Shown here piece by piece: positions 24,430-39,017 of a DNA stretch of 50,754 nt; position 1 is the stretch's first letter, and each line of letters starts with the position of its first letter. This DNA is from Chiloscyllium plagiosum (taxonomy: Eukaryota). Both the position numbers and the translations under genes were made by a program. Under the pieces are notes generated by a model. It ran no database searches and was not told the DNA's origin. It worked only from the letters and a program-made list of their open reading frames with translations. The stretch lies in assembly GCF_004010195.1 (NCBI RefSeq), contig NC_057740.1:6995671-7046424 (forward strand), read 5' to 3'.

Positions 24430-26215
24430 TATTTTTTATTCATTTTGTGGGACTTGGGCGTCGCCAGCTGGACAACATTGATAGCCCATCCCTAGTTGCC
24501 TTTGAGAAGGTAGTGGTGGGCTGCCTTTTTGAATCGCTGCAGTCCACTTGCTGTTGTTTGACACACAATGCCAGTAGGGAAGGAATTTTCCGGTTCCAAG
24601 GTTGATGCCAGGTGGTCTGTCTGGTTTCATTTCTTTGTTGTGAATTTCTAGCGATTGATACAACGGAGGAGCTTGCTAGGCCATTTCAGAGGGCAGTTGA
24701 GACTCAACCACATTATCGTGGCTCTGGAGTCACATGTAGGCCAGACCAGGTAAGGAGCTCCACAGGCAGGAGGCTGGAAAAACACAGCAAGCCAGGTAGC
24801 ATCAGAAGGTGGAGAAGTCAACATTTCGGGTGGAACCCTACTACAGGACAAGGAGCTGGGTGTGGGGGGATCTGCAAATAAAGGGGATCATGGGGACAGG
24901 GTAGTGAAGTGGGAATAGGTGAAGACAAGTACAGGGTACGACCTGGTTGGTCAGTGGGAAGAATGAATCTGGTTGATGGCAGGAAGCAGTGGAAGGGATG
25001 GGGAGGAGCTGGGGGAGGGAAGCTATTTGAAATTGGAGAACTCAACATTGAAATGTTGAGTCCTCCGGGCTGCAGGCTGCCCAGGCAGAAGATGCGGTGT
25101 TGTTCCTCCAATTTGCGCTGTAGTTCATTTTGGCAATGGAGGAGGCCAAGGATGGTCATATCAGAAAAGGAGTGGTTGCGAGAATTGAAATGGGCAGTGA
25201 CCAGGAGGTCGAGTCAGCCCTTCCAGACCCAGTTGCGATGCTCGGTGAGCGTTCCCTAAGTTTACATTTGGTCTCCCCTATATGAAGAAGATGACATAGA
25301 GAGCACCTGAAGCAGGAAACTAGGTGGAAAAGAGGCAGGTGAGCTTCTGTCTCACCTGGAAGGACCGTTTGGGGCCCTGGATGGAGGTGTGGCAGGTGGT
25401 GTACTAGCAGGTTTTGTATCTTTTCCAGTTGCGGGGGAAGGTACACGGAGGTTCAGGGGACATCGGTAGGGACAGTGGCGCAAACCAAGGATTGGCCAAG
25501 GAACTGTCCTTGCGGAAGGCAGAGGGGTGGGGAAGGGAAGATGTTCTTGGTGGTGGGGTCTCATTGGAGTTAGCGGAAGTGCTTACGGATGACTCATTAG
25601 ATGCAGAGACTGGTGGGGTGGAAGGTGAGGGAGAGGGGTTAGAGCAGTGAAACAGAGAACAGAAATGGTGAAGCAGAGGGCTGTCTACATGACAGCAGGA
25701 GGAAAAGCACATTGTTCAAAATAGGTGGACATCTGGGAAGCTCGCAAATGGAATGTCTCCTCATCCAAGCAGATGTGGCAGAGGCTGAGGAATTTGGAGA
25801 ATGGGATGCAGTTCTTACAGGATACTGGGTGGGAGGTAGTGTAGTCCATGTGGTTATGAGAGTCTGTAAGTTTGGAGTAAACGCCCATCTCGAGACTATC
25901 GCCCAAGATGGAAATGGTGAGGTCAAGAAAGGGGAGGGAAGTGTCTGAGATGAACCAAGTGAACTTGAGGAAGAGGTGAAAGTTGTGGGTGAAGTCAATG
26001 AAAGGCAGATTTCCCTCCCTAAAGGACAGTTGGGTTTTTCTGACAATTGACAATTGGTTTTGTGGTCATCAATCAACTCTTAATTCCAGATTTGTTTTCA
26101 TTGAATAGAAATTCCACTATGTGCTGTGGCGGGATTTGAACCCAGGTCCCCAGAACATTATTCTGGGTTTCTGGATTAATAGTCAAGTGGTAATACCACG
26201 AGGGCATCACCTCCC
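24430..26215 (-). mobile_element. SINE (Deu/SacSINE-like) interrupted by a Penelope-like element at about 24765-26003
   Basis: Penelope remnants LPFLDL, DYTTSHP..CKNCIPFSKF and HIGETK. The flanking SINE halves join across the insertion (ccaggtaagg / aaggcagatttccctcc), with a tRNA-like head near 26130-26200. The family name is from recall. Confidence 0.65.
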
Positions 26216-26544
26216 CAATAGCTAATAATTAAATAATCAAATATTTCAAGACGCTTGACTTTTACAGCCACAAGACCATTTGTGAGGGCTGACAAGCATT
26301 TATCTTAACATCAATCACTCCTCTCCATTCCTGGAGAAACATTGTTCAAAAGATACTGATCACTCACTGACATCTAACGGAATGTCCACAATAACATACG
26401 AAACAACATAGTCAGCATCAACTTAACCATGAAGCACCACATAACTGAAATAAAGCACACTCTCACCTGACATTCAACTTAATGCTCAACTATGTCACCT
26501 AACACAAACCCACTTTTTGCTATTCTCAAAAGCACAATATAACC

Positions 26545-27660
26545 ATAGAGTCAGAGTCATTGAGATGTACAGCATGGAACAGACCCTTCGGTCCAACCCA
26601 TCCATGCTGACCAAATATCCCAACCCAATCTAGTCCCACCTGCCAGCACCCGGCCCATATCCCTCCAAACCCTTCCTATTCATATACCCATCCAAATGCC
26701 TCTTCAATGTTGCAATTGTACCACCCTCCACCACATCCTCCAGCAGCTCATTCCATACACGTACCACCCTCTGTGTGAAAAGGTTGCCCTGTAGGTCTCT
26801 TTTATATCTTTCCCCTCTCACCCTAAACCTATGCCCTCTAGTTCTGGACCCCCACCCCAGGGAAAAGACTTTGCCTATTTACCTTATCCATGCCCCTCAT
26901 AATTTTGCAAACCTCTAAGGTCACTCATCAGCCTCCGACGCTCCAGGGAAAACAACCCCAGCCTGTTCAGCTTCTCCCTAAAGCTCAAATCCTCCAACCC
27001 TGGCAACATCCTTGTAAATCTTTTCTGAACCCTTTTAAGTTTCACAACATCTTTCTGATAGGAAGGAGACGAGAATTGCACGCAATATTCCAAAAGTGGC
27101 CTAACCAACGTCCTGTACAGCCGCAACATGACCTCCCAACTGCTGTACTCAATACTCTGACCAATAAAGAAAAGCATACCAAACGCCTTCTTCACTATCC
27201 TATCTATCTGCGACTCCACTTTCAAGGAGCTATGAACCTGCACTCCAAGGTCTCTATGTTCAGCAACACTCCCTAGGACCTTACCATTAAGTGTATAAGT
27301 CCTACTAAGATTTGCTTTCACAAAATGCAGCATCTCGCATTTATCTAAATTAAACTCCATCTGGCACTTCTCAGTCCATTGGCCCGTCTGGTCAAGATCC
27401 TGTTGTAATCTGAGGTAACCTTTTTCACTGTCCACTACACCTCCAATTTTGGTGTCTACTGCAAACTTACTAACTATACCTCTTATGCTCGCATCCAAAT
27501 CATTTATGTAAATAACAAAAAGTAAAGGACCCAGCACCGATCCTTGTGGCACTCCACTGGTCACAGGCCACCAGATTGAAAATCAACCCTCCACCACCAC
27601 CTTTGAGCCAGTTCTGTATCCAAATGGCTAGTTCTCCCTGTATTCCATGAGATCTAACCA
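26545..27660 (-). mobile_element. CR1-type LINE 3' portion (RT) in rpl37 intron 2
   Basis: ORF 26884-27564: TSGVPQGSVLGPLLFVIYINDL..KFAVDTK..LEYCVQF. Confidence 0.95.
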
Positions 27661-27992
27661 GTTAATTAAAACAACTTTAAAAATACTAAATCTATTCCTG
27701 ATATCTGTGGCAGAGCAGATACACGTCACAGACCTAGCCCAAGGTTGAGTGGGTGAAGATGCCACAGACAAGTGAAGTGTAAGTTAAAACAACTGCTCTA
27801 GAGACTGCTGACAAAAAGTACATGTCAAAAGACCAGAAATAACTTGAATTGCAGGGATTTCCAAAGAACCTCCCAATACTCAGTAATCATGTACAAAGAC
27901 AACATTTTTGCCATGGTATGTGCTAAAATGATGCTCATATGGGAATCAGCACAGGTGACAGGGAGATAAAGCATTCTCATCCTCAGCATTCA

Positions 27993-28178
<186 letters not shown>

Positions 28179-30224
28179 CTAAGAAAGAATAAGAATAAAA
28201 CCAACAAATCATTGTATGAAAGAGGGATTAAAAACAATCAATTTAACCTTAGCTCAGAGTTCAGCATAATGAGAGCCAAACAATAACAAGTGGCCATTAA
28301 CACCTCACGCTCTGACGAAATTACAAAACAGCAGCAAGGCTGCAGACTCCAGGCAAGTTCAGGCAGGGAATTACATGTCCAGAATGGACAGACCATTGAA
28401 TCCAACTGGACTACACAAAAGTTAATGCTCCAAGGCTACTTCATCTAACCCTATTGATGCATCCTTCTACTCCATCTTCCCTCATACACTACTGTCGGTT
28501 CTATCTTCAACTACTGCCATTTATTGCACTGGTGCATTTACATGTTGACATGAACATCCTCACAAACTATAATAAAGCCAAGAACTGTGAATACTGGAGA
28601 TCTGAAACAGAAAGAGAAATTGCTAGAGAATCTCAGCACATCTGACATCTCTCCACAGATGCTGCCAGATGTGAGTTTCTCTAGCAATTTGTTTTATTTC
28701 CTCACAAACTATGCCTAATTAAAATGAAAACAGAAAATGCTGGAGATGTTTAGCAATTCAGGAAACTTCTGTGAAGAGCAAAGCAGAGTAAATATTGGGA
28801 TAACTTTATTTTGATGCTACACATAAATCATCTCCTGCATCGTTTAGAGCCTGGCAAAGGTGATCAGATGCTTCACCTTGGGCACTGTAAATGTGACTGA
28901 CTAATTTAAGGTTTTCAACTGTAATATCAATTAATTTTAATGGTGTTGTGCAATACGATGCACTATTTGAGGAGAAAGCAAGGAGTTGAAAAGTGTTGGA
29001 AAAGCACAGCTGTTCAGGCTGCATCCGAGGAGCAGGAGAATCATCGTTTCGGCCATTAGCCCTTCACCAAGAATGGGCACTATTCCTACACTAACCAGGC
29101 ACTATTTGAGAACAAGCAAACTTGGGAACTGACTGGTAAGTCAATTTATTTGCTCTCAGACGAAATATTTGTACATCATTTATTATGCACGGTCAGAAGT
29201 GTTCAGGGACAAATATGACGTGAAAAAGAACAAAAAAACAAAGGAAGTGCCATCTTTTCAGTGCAGTCAGTACATCTTTGAAAATTATAGAGAAATCAGA
29301 TTAGGAGCTGAAAGGTTAAAATCAAACTTCTCCCATTCAAAATGCTGTAAATCTACAATACTGAATAGTGTCACAGAAGTCACATCCCTAATAGGGACTT
29401 CCTCAAATCCATCATAAAATGACCAAAAATATTGATTGAAAGAAAAGGCTCTTAGCCAAACAATAAAAGAATGTGAAACATTAACATTCTTCAAACTGCT
29501 CAGAATCTGTTGCACAGAAATAATCAGGATCGGGAGTGTTACAAAAACAAAATACTGTTAATGCTGAAAATCTGAAATAAAAATACCATGCTTGCAAAAC
29601 TCTACTTGTCAGGTAGTATGTGGAAGGAAAAGCAGTTGCTGTTTCAGATCTTAGGAGCTTCCTTCATATCTGGGTCAGAATTCACTGTGGAGAAGAATAA
29701 GTTACTCCCTCACGTCTGAGGAAAGCTCACAGATCTGGTTTTCTCTACAGTGGTGCTGTATGGCCAAGCTGAGTCTTTGCTGCACTTTGTTTTCGCTTGG
29801 TCTTGCACTGTAGCTATAATGCATTACCTGGCGAAGACATGAGGATTCATTGTGAGATGGAGTGACTGGAGAATCAGAAACGGGAGGGATAGGCAGGGGC
29901 TATATCAATTCAAACCGTGGCCAGGAAACGGAGCCTTGCTTAAGAAGATACATGACCAAGTAAAAGCGTCACTTTATACAAAGCTCTGCCTGCTGTCAAA
30001 TAGAAGCACTAGGCCCAATGTTAAGCCCCCGATTCGAGTGTGAGCACCGCTGCAGCGGCTAAACGCCTGCAAATTCCTCGGCCATTCCCCATAATATCTG
30101 TGCGGCACAATAGTTAAACATATATCGAACTAACTCCTCATGATGGGCTGATGGTAATGGCCCGGCTGGGAATGGATGGACGTGGATTTCTCCCAGGCCT
30201 TCACCGCCTTTAACCCTCACTCAC

Positions 30225-30227
30225 CAT
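30225..30227 (-). CDS. rpl37: 60S ribosomal protein L37 (eL37), coding exon 1 (ATG only)
   Basis: Minus strand reads cttccggtctctcaggcgcgcagtgaaaATG|gtgagt: pyrimidine-rich 5' leader, ATG, then a canonical donor. This matches the vertebrate RPL37 exon structure. Confidence 0.93.
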
Positions 30228-30242
30228 TTTCACTGCGCGCCT

Positions 30243-30291
30243 GAGAGACCGGAAGTCGACTTCAGTAGCCTCTTATACCTTGACACCGGAA
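30243..30291 (-). promoter_or_regulatory. rpl37 core promoter: TCT/TOP-like start, TATA-like box, two ETS/GABP motifs
   Basis: Minus strand ...tttccggtgtcaaggTATAAGaggctactgaagtcgaCTTCCGGTCTCTC. TATAAG at 30272-30277 lies about 30 nt upstream of the tctctc tract. CCGGAA motifs at 30249-30254 and 30286-30291. This architecture is typical of ribosomal protein genes. Confidence 0.7.
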
Positions 30292-31819
30292 ACAATTCCT
30301 TCCCTAACCTGACCTTCAGCCAAGTCCTAGTTTCAAAGCTGTCCCCGCACAAACCGAAGGTGAAAAATAGTTCCTATACATTTCTGATGAAGAATCATTG
30401 AGATTGGAAATATTTGATTGTTTTTTTTCCATCGATGCTGCCTGATACCCAGTATTTTTTGTTTTCAGTACAGATTCAGTAATTTGCTTCCATTTATTTA
30501 TCTTTGATGCCAGTGTTCATTGCCTGTTCATCAAAATGGCATGGGAAGTAGAATTAGTAATTTCAAAACTGTTAAATCACTAATTTTTCCCAGATGCGAT
30601 GACATTTGAAAATCAGTTTCTCCACGGACAGATGACAACTGAATCCACATTGTTATTTGTTTTTATTTCAGACTCCCAGATTTTTCGTACATTCCTTAAA
30701 TGCATTTGGTGTAGCAGGCGCAATGGGCCAAATGGCCGCCTTTTGCACCATAACAATTCTGTGACCGTGTTCTTGAATTAAAAAGAGGCCTCAGGCCCAT
30801 TTTTTTCTGTGTCAACTCCTGAAAGAGCTGTCCATTATTATTTAATTCCTGTGCTCTTCCTTTGTTCTGCTTCCACTCAAGACTTTTGGAGATCCTTTTT
30901 GAAAATTAGTGTTGCATCTGTTTCCACTGCCCTTTCCATTCGTGCTTTCAGTCAACAACTGATTTCGAAAAGAGTAATTGTCATTCCCACATCCATTATT
31001 TTGCCAAACTACTTTAAATATGTATCCTATGGTCCCAATACTTGGTTTGGGTATAGTCTTTATCATCTAGAAGTTCATTCACATTTTTATCCATGTTGGT
31101 CTTCCTCTAACTGGTGCAAAGTTCAGTAAAACTGAATTGAATAAAATAATCATTGCTTGGGATCTTCCATGAAAGGACTCATCAGTCTCTATCTCAGTCA
31201 GCTTCCCTCAACCATCTCCTGTGGGTCCCAGAACCCCATTTGTTCTTGATTTGTTTCAACTCAATAATGCGTTCTGGATGGAATTCCTCTGTTAAAGATC
31301 GGCTCTGGTCCAGGAATGAATAACATTGCAGTTCCTGCTGCTAGCTTATGTGTGGGGATGCTGTTGTAAGGGATGTTGGTGTGGGTGCTAGATGTAGATT
31401 GGGACACCCCACATAATCGGTGCTGGTGTGGGAACCTCGGAGTCCGAGTGAAGCTGCCTTTCTACATTTGACTTTGTTCCAATTTTAGTAAGCTACCTTG
31501 CAACAGTCAGTGCTGTGATGACTGTCTTTGCACCATTCCCTTCGATCAGTTCAATGTGGGGTAACTTCATTGATTTTGTTTCATGTTTCCATCAATGCTC
31601 TTTATTCAATGGACCTTCTTTAGTACTTTTCTCCTGAATTCAATTTCTCTGATTCCATTTCAGGTGATCACCTCCCTACTAATATTATGCATAAGCTCTA
31701 AGACTCCAGCATCTATCATGTTCCTCACCTAAAGCCATTTCTTTGTCCTGTTGACACTACTGTCCATGCCAGTGCTTCAGAAATTTTCTCAGCTCTGTCC
31801 TTACACCCATCTCTTTGTT

Positions 31820-32630
31820 GGTAGAGTCGACAAAGTGAAGAAGGCTATCTAAGATTACAAAGCGATCTTGATCAAATGGGAGAATAGGCTGAGGAGTGGC
31901 AGATGGAGTTTATTACATCTTGGTAAAATAAAAAAAAGGGCAGAACTTACACAGTTAATGATAGGGCTCTGGGTAGTGTTGCCGAACAGACACACTTAGG
32001 GGTTCAGGCAGATACTTCTTTGAAAGTTGTGTCACAGGTAGACAGGATGGTTAAGGCGGCGTTTAGCATGCTTGCTTTCATTGCTGAGACCATCGAGTAT
32101 AGGAGTTGAGAGGTCATGTTGAGGTTGTGCAGGATGTTGGTGAGGCCACTTTTGAAGTACTGTGTACTGTTCTGGTCGCCCTGCTATAGGAAGGATGTTA
32201 TTAAATTGGAAAGGAATCAGAAAAGATTTACCAGAATGTTGCTGGGAGTGGAGGACTTGAATTAGAAAAATAGGCAGCTGGAACCTTTTTCACTGGAGTG
32301 TAGAAGGTTGAGGGGTGACCTTGTAGAGGTTTAGAAAATCATGCGCGGTTTAGATAAAGTGAATCACCGAGGTCTTTTCCTGAGGGTTGGAGAGTTCAAA
32401 ACTAGTGAGCATATCTTTAAGGTGAGAGAGGAAGATTTAAAAGAGACTGAAGGGTAACTTTTTCCATGCAGAGGGTGATTCATATGTGGAATGATCTGCC
32501 AAAGGAGGTGGTAGTTGGAGGTACAGTTAGAACATTTAAAAGACATTTAGATATGTATATGAATTAGAAAGGTTCAGAGGGATATAAGTCAAATGCAGGC
32601 AAATGGGACTAGTTTAGTTTGAGAAACTAG
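31820..32630 (+). mobile_element. CR1 LINE 3' fragment
   Basis: Decayed nucleotide match to the CR1 copies at 26545-27660 and 40808-41925. Confidence 0.85.
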
Positions 32631-33679
32631 TTTCCAAGTTTAGTTTGGCTCAGCGGTTAGCACTGTTGCCTCATAGTGCCAGGGACCCGTATTTGATTCC
32701 AGCCTTAGGCAACTGTCTGTCCATTTTTAATCCATTTAAAGTAAAGTCACCATAATCCAACTGTCTCATTAGAAGGACAGCTGGTTGTGGTTTAACCTGC
32801 AGGTCACCAGGTGAGAGGTGATGTTTCGAAGGTAAGTATCTTCATGGTAACCTCAGCCAGTAGGGGAATTGAACCTGCACTGTTGTTGTCACTCTGTACC
32901 ACAAACCAGACATCCAACTAACCAAACCTCACTGGTGGATTTGGGGGAGGGTGGGAGAAGATATACAAGCCTGCTGCATGTTCAATGCAATGTAATAAGA
33001 AGGATGAGTTTTACAGATTTTCTCCACAGCCCCAGTTTGTATTTGACAAAAAGTAAAATGGCAAAAACTAGAACATGCATTTTTTTTAAAAAAAAGGAAA
33101 TTGTTGGGACATTTAATGAAAATCTGAAACTTCTGGTCATTCGACACAAGGTGGTGAACCATCTCAGGTTTTCAATGTTACTGAAGATGTGGTATTAAGA
33201 AATCTTTCTTCACAGTCTTGAAGGCCTTAATATTCTTTCTAAAGTATGGTACCCAGAGTTGGCAATTAATCTAGCTAGGACTGAAGCAATGATTTAAATA
33301 TGATTAACATATATCACTGCATTCGCATGAAGTTCTTTAAGCAACCTTTGCAAGTTAATGCAACCTTCAAGGATTTGTGCACATCACCGTCCAAGTTTTC
33401 TTATACCTCTATCTGTCCATTATTTAATAGTGCTTTTAATTCATATTTGCTTTCAAATTGCATAATCTTACACTTATGATAAATTTCATTTATCACATCT
33501 GAACATTTTATCTGCTTAAGCTGGTACTAACATTCTAATGGTTTGCTACATTTCTGCACAATGGAACATTACAAATTACAACACACATAATTAACAACAA
33601 TAAATTTTATTTTTAAAGTGCCTTTAACAAAGTAACAATTTCCAAGTCAATATAAAATAAAACCTGACATCAAGTCAGA

Positions 33680-35670
33680 GAGATGTATGTGAGATATGGA
33701 CCTCAGTAAGGCATTCGACAAGGTTTTTCATGGTAGACTGGTTAGCAAGATTAAATCACATGGAATACAGGAAGAACTAGCCATTTGGATACAGAACTGG
33801 CTTGAAGATAGAGAACAGAAGATGGTGGTGTAGGGTTGCTTTTCAGACTTGAGGCCTGTCACAAGGTCCACTGCTTTTCATCATTTATATAAATGATTTG
33901 GATGTGGACATAGGAGGTATAGTTAGTAAATATGCAGATGACACCAAACTTGGTGGTGTAGTGGACAGCAAAGAAGGTTATCTCAGAGTACAACGGAATC
34001 TTGGGAAAGGCAAATCAGGGCAGGAATTATACACTTAATGGTAAGGGTCGAGAGTGTGGTGCTGGAAAAGCACGGCCGGTCAGGCAACATCCAAGGAGCA
34101 GGAGAATCAACATTTCAGGCACAAGCCCTTCATCAGGAATGAGGCTTGTGGGCCAGGGGGCTGAGAGTAAGTAGGAGGGGTGGGGCTGGGGGGAGGGGAG
34201 CTGAGAATGAGATAGGTAGATGAAGGTGGGGGAGAATGTGATAGGTCAGAGAGGAGGGTAGAGTGAATAGATGGGAAAGACAATGGACAGGTCAAGAGGG
34301 CAGTGCCGAGTTTGAGGCTTAGGACTGGGATAATGTGGGGGGAGGGGAACTGAATACCACCCGATGCCTGGAGGAAGAATGCTTTATCTTCCACCTTGGG
34401 ATCGTGCAACCACATGGGATTCATTTGGATTTGGCCAGTCTCCTCAGTTCCCCTCCCCCGAAATTATTCCAGTCCCAAGTCATAAACTCGGCACCACCCT
34501 CTTGACCTGTCCATTGTGTTTCCCATCTATCAGCTCCATCCTCCCATTCGATCCATCACCTTCTCCCCCACCTTCATCTATACATCGCATTCTCAGCTCC
34601 CTTGCCCCCAGCCCCACCCGCTCCCAAATATCTCTCACCCCCCTGGCCAACAAGCCTCATTCCTGATGAAGGGCTTATGCCCAAAACATCGATTCTCCTG
34701 CTCCTCAGATGCTGCCTGACTGGCTTTGCTTTTCCAGCTCCACCCTCTTGACTCTGATCTCCAGCATCTGCAGTCCTCACTTTCTCCTACTTGATGGTGA
34801 GGCCCTGGGTACTGTTGCTGAACAGAGAGATCTTGGATGCAGGTTCAGAGTTCGTTGAAAGTGGAGTGTCAGTTAGATAGGAGAGTGAATAAGGCATTTG
34901 GAATGCTTTCCTTTATTGGTCAGAGCATTGAATGTAAGAGTTGGGAGATCAAGTTGTGGCTGTACAGGACATTGGTTAGGCCACTTTTGGAATATTGTGT
35001 GCAATTCTGGTCTCCGTCCTATAGGAAGGATGTTGTGAAACTTGTAAGGGTTCATAAAAGATTGAAAAGGATGTTACCAGGGTTGGAGGGTGTGAGCTAA
35101 AGGGAGAGGCTGAATAGGCTGGGGATGTTTTCCATGGAGCGTTGGGGGCTGAAGGGTGATCTTTCAGAGGTTTATAAAATCATCAGGAGCATAAATTAAA
35201 AATCACACAACAGCACAACCACCTGATGAAGTGGCAGCGCTCCAAAAGCTAGTGTTTCCAATTAAACCTGTTGCAATTTAACCTGGTATTGTGCGATTTT
35301 TAACTTTGTACATGCCAGTCCAAATCACGAGGAGCATGGATAGGATAAATAGACAAAGTCTTTTCCCTGGGTTGGGGAGTCCAGACCGAGAGAGCATAGG
35401 TTTAGGGTGAGACAGGAAAGATTTGACAGGACCTAAGGGGTAACCTTGTCATGCAAAGGGTAGTGCGTATGTAGAATGAGCTGCCAGAGGAAGTGGTGGA
35501 GGCTGATACAATTACAGCATTTAAAAGGCATTTGGATGGGTACCTAAGTAGGAAGGATTTAGAGTGATATGGGCCAAATGTTGGCAAATGGCTCTAGATT
35601 AATTTAGGATATCTGGACGAGTTGGACTGAAGTTTGTTTCCGTGCTGTATATCTGTATGACTGACTCTAT
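33680..35670 (+). mobile_element. CR1 LINE with nested Penelope-terminus insertions
   Basis: MDLSKAFDKV, KYADDTK and LEYCVQFWSPSYRKD; interrupted at about 34047-34788 and about 35195-35322. Confidence 0.9.
34047..34788. mobile_element. fold-back Penelope (family A) insertion
   Basis: Inverted arms with decayed hammerheads at about 34108-34136 (-) and about 34663-34690 (+). Near-direct repeat acttaatggtaagg / acttgatggtgagg. Confidence 0.85.
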
Positions 35671-38237
35671 TAGCAATTTTTTTGCACAAGTTCTAGGTGC
35701 AATTCCTGTAAGATGCCACTGGGTGACAGCAAATGAAGCAATTCAACCCAAACTCATTGCACAATAACAAGAAGGAAGCTGATACGTATTGAAAAAGCAG
35801 CATGTAAAAAGTAACCTAAAAAATTCTAGCAAGTACCTGTACTAATGAAGCAACTGGAACATTAAGCATCTCCTGGATTAAGAAAAAGCCAATTGAGTTA
35901 TTCCGAATCCACCCAGCTCAGCTCAGATTTCTTCTCACAGTGGGTGTTGTCTATATCAGCATTCCCACCCTTGGTCTATCCCACTCCTATCCATGTCACA
36001 GCCAGCAAAATACCCTGCTATCACTGATAAGGCTCTTTGTACCACCGGGCCCCTACTGTATACCCACTGACTCACATTAACAATTCCCCATTGGAAATTT
36101 GAGTGATCACAGACACCAATGCAGCAGATAATGTTTACATTTTTCAAAATCCACTGATTAGGCATGAGCATTGCTTATGAGGTCAGCAATTATTGCCCAT
36201 CACTAATTGCTCTTAAGAAGGTGTTGATCCACCTTGAATGCCATAGTCCATCTGATGATGAGACATCCACAGTGGCATTAGGGAGGGAGGGAGTACTAAT
36301 CTTTGGGCCAGGGACATTAAAAGAATGGAGATATAATGCTGAGTCAAGATGGTATTCGAACTGGAGGAAAACACATAAGCAGTTGTGTTCCCATGCATTT
36401 AGGCAGATGGAAGGTGCTTTCAAAGGAGTTGTGGTGGGTTGCTATGTATGTTCATCCTGCAGATGGTACACATTGCTGCCACTGTGTCAGTGGTAGAGGA
36501 AGTGGATATTTAAGATGGTGGATGTGATGTCAGTCAAGTGGGCAGCTTTGTCCTGGATGTTCCAAATTGTCATCTTATCACAGAGTTAAGGTCATTGATG
36601 GAGCAGCTAAAGATGGTTAGGCCCAGTGCACATCCTGAGAAACTCCTGCAGTGAAGTCATTAAGTTAAAATTATTGACATCCAACAATTGTAACTATTCT
36701 CCTTTGTGCCAGGTAATACTCTAACAAGTGGACAACTTTTGTGAGGGCTCCCTGTTGTCACACTTCATCAAATCACAGAATTGTTACAGTACAGAAGGAA
36801 GCCATTTGGCCCATCATGTCTATGCCAGCTCTCCCAAGGAGCAATTCACCCAGAGTCATTACCCCATAGAGCTGCATGTACTTCCTTTTAAGGTATGAAT
36901 ACAATTTCCTGTTGAATGTCTCAATTGAAACAGTCTCTACCACACTCTCAGGGTGCGCTTTCTCGATCTTAATAAGTTTTAATCACATTGCTGTTACTTC
37001 TTTTAACATTTACCTTAAATTCATGCCACCTGGTTTTCAATCCTTCCACCAATGGAACCAATTTCTCATTACCTGCTTCAAACCCCTCATGGTATTGAAC
37101 ATTTCTATTAAATCTTCATTTCTCAATTTTGTGGAGTGGTGTGGAGCGGCCCGGGGGCTTGGAATGGTGTGGAGAGCCTGAGAGCTCGGAATGGAGCGGG
37201 TCAGAGGCCTGGAGTGGAGTGAGGATGGTTGTTTGACTGGGGTCTGCTGTGGATGATCAGCAGCTTGCGAAGCCGGTCAGACAATGTATGAAAGCCCTGC
37301 GCTGAGCTACTGCAATGTAATGTTTATCTGTAAATTATTTATCTGATTAGAATGTTTATCCTTTTAACTATTTCTTATTTCTAATTTATACTTTGAATCA
37401 CTGTAAGGTAATGCAACTTTGCTTTTTTATCTCTCTTTTCATATCTGGGATTTATACCGAAGATGGCATCATGACAGGTGACATTGTAAACTTTTCACTG
37501 TACTCTTGTACTTCTGTATTTGAGTACACATGACAATAAGGGATATTCTATTCTATTCTCTACCCCAAGGAGAACAATGCTTTCCTGATTTCAATAGCAA
37601 TCATTCTGACCTCACTTCTGAAATTCAGCTCGAGTTGTCCATTTGGACCTAAGTTGGAATGTGGTCTGCAGCAAAGTAGCCCTGTCACAACCCAACCTGA
37701 ACATCAGTGAGCAAGTTATTGTTGATTTAGAGCTACTTGACAGCACTATCAATTACATCTTCCACCACTTTGTTGATGATTGAATGTGGACTGATGAGCT
37801 GGTTACTATTTGCAATCTGTATGAAAGCCTTGGATGTAGGGATAGAAAGTATTGAAGCCAAATTTGCAGATGACAGCAAAATAGGTGGTACAGTAAGTTG
37901 CAATAAAGGAATAAGAAATTTAAAAGTGTTTATGGTTTGGCCAAGTGAGTGGGCCAAAATTTGGCAGTTTAACAAGGATAAGTGTGAGGTTATCCATTAT
38001 AGTTGGAAGAATAAAAAGTGAACATATTATCTAAATGGAGAAAAACTTTAGAGCACTTCAGTGCAGAGGGAGTTGGGTGTCCTCATGCATGAATCATAAA
38101 GAACTAGTATGCGGTATAACAGGTAAGAAGGAAGGCAAATGGAATGTTGGAATTTATTGCTGAAAGAACAGAATATAAAAATAGCAAGTCTTGCAACAGG
38201 AGTATTGCATGTAGTTTTCGTCCCATTACTTGAGAAA

Positions 38238-38986
38238 TGATGTGGAGATGCCGGTGTTGGACTGGAGTGGACAAAATTAAACATCACACAACATCAGGTT
38301 ATAGTCCAACAAGTGTATTTGGAAGTACTAGCTTTCAGAGTGCTGCTCCTTCATCGGGTAGCTGTGGTGCAGGATCATAAGACACAGAATTTATAGCAAA
38401 AGATTATAGTGCCATGCAACTAAAACAATATATTGCACAAACCTAGATTACTGTTAAGTCTTTCATCTTTTAGAATGGGTTGCAGGTTTCAGTTCACTAA
38501 TATGTAAATCCCAGAACTTCTTTCAAGTCACATTCCCAAGACAACTTAAGGTTTTATTTTTAAAAAAGTTGACATCTCAGCTCAGGCAATGCATTAAAGA
38601 TGTGAGATTAGAGTTTGTCTGTATGCCAAGCTTGAGTCAAACTGGTTCTATTTTCAAAGTAGTCATTTATAAATGTTACAAGGATTGATTGCCTGCAGAT
38701 TGTGTGCTTTTTGAGCAAAGTAGAATGTTTCTGCAAAAACAATTCTGCAAATGCAAATTCACCTCATAGACTTATATATGGGTGTGTGTGCATGAGAGAA
38801 AGAAGGAGTGAGAGTGGGTGCGTGTGAGAGTGTGTGTTTGTGTGTGTGAGTGTGACGGAGTATAAGCCTGTGAGAGGGTGTGTGCATGGATGTGAGTGCG
38901 GGGTGTGTATGTGTGTGTGTATATGAGAGAGAGCATGTGTATGAGAGAGGGTTTGCATGAGTGTGAGAGTATGTAAGAGTGTGTGT

Positions 38987-39017
<31 letters not shown>

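Noticed and set aside
28250-28312. CTGA about 75 nt upstream of the rpl37 exon 2 acceptor (C/D snoRNA position)
   Set aside because: No canonical C box, too short, and no recognisable guide.
29513-29549. CACAGAA...ACAAAAACA RSS-like pair in rpl37 intron 1
   Set aside because: The spacer is 21 nt, no J-like sequence is adjacent, and the nonamer is the start of a repeat.
35936-35942. CACAGTG heptamer
   Set aside because: No nonamer at 12 or 23 nt.
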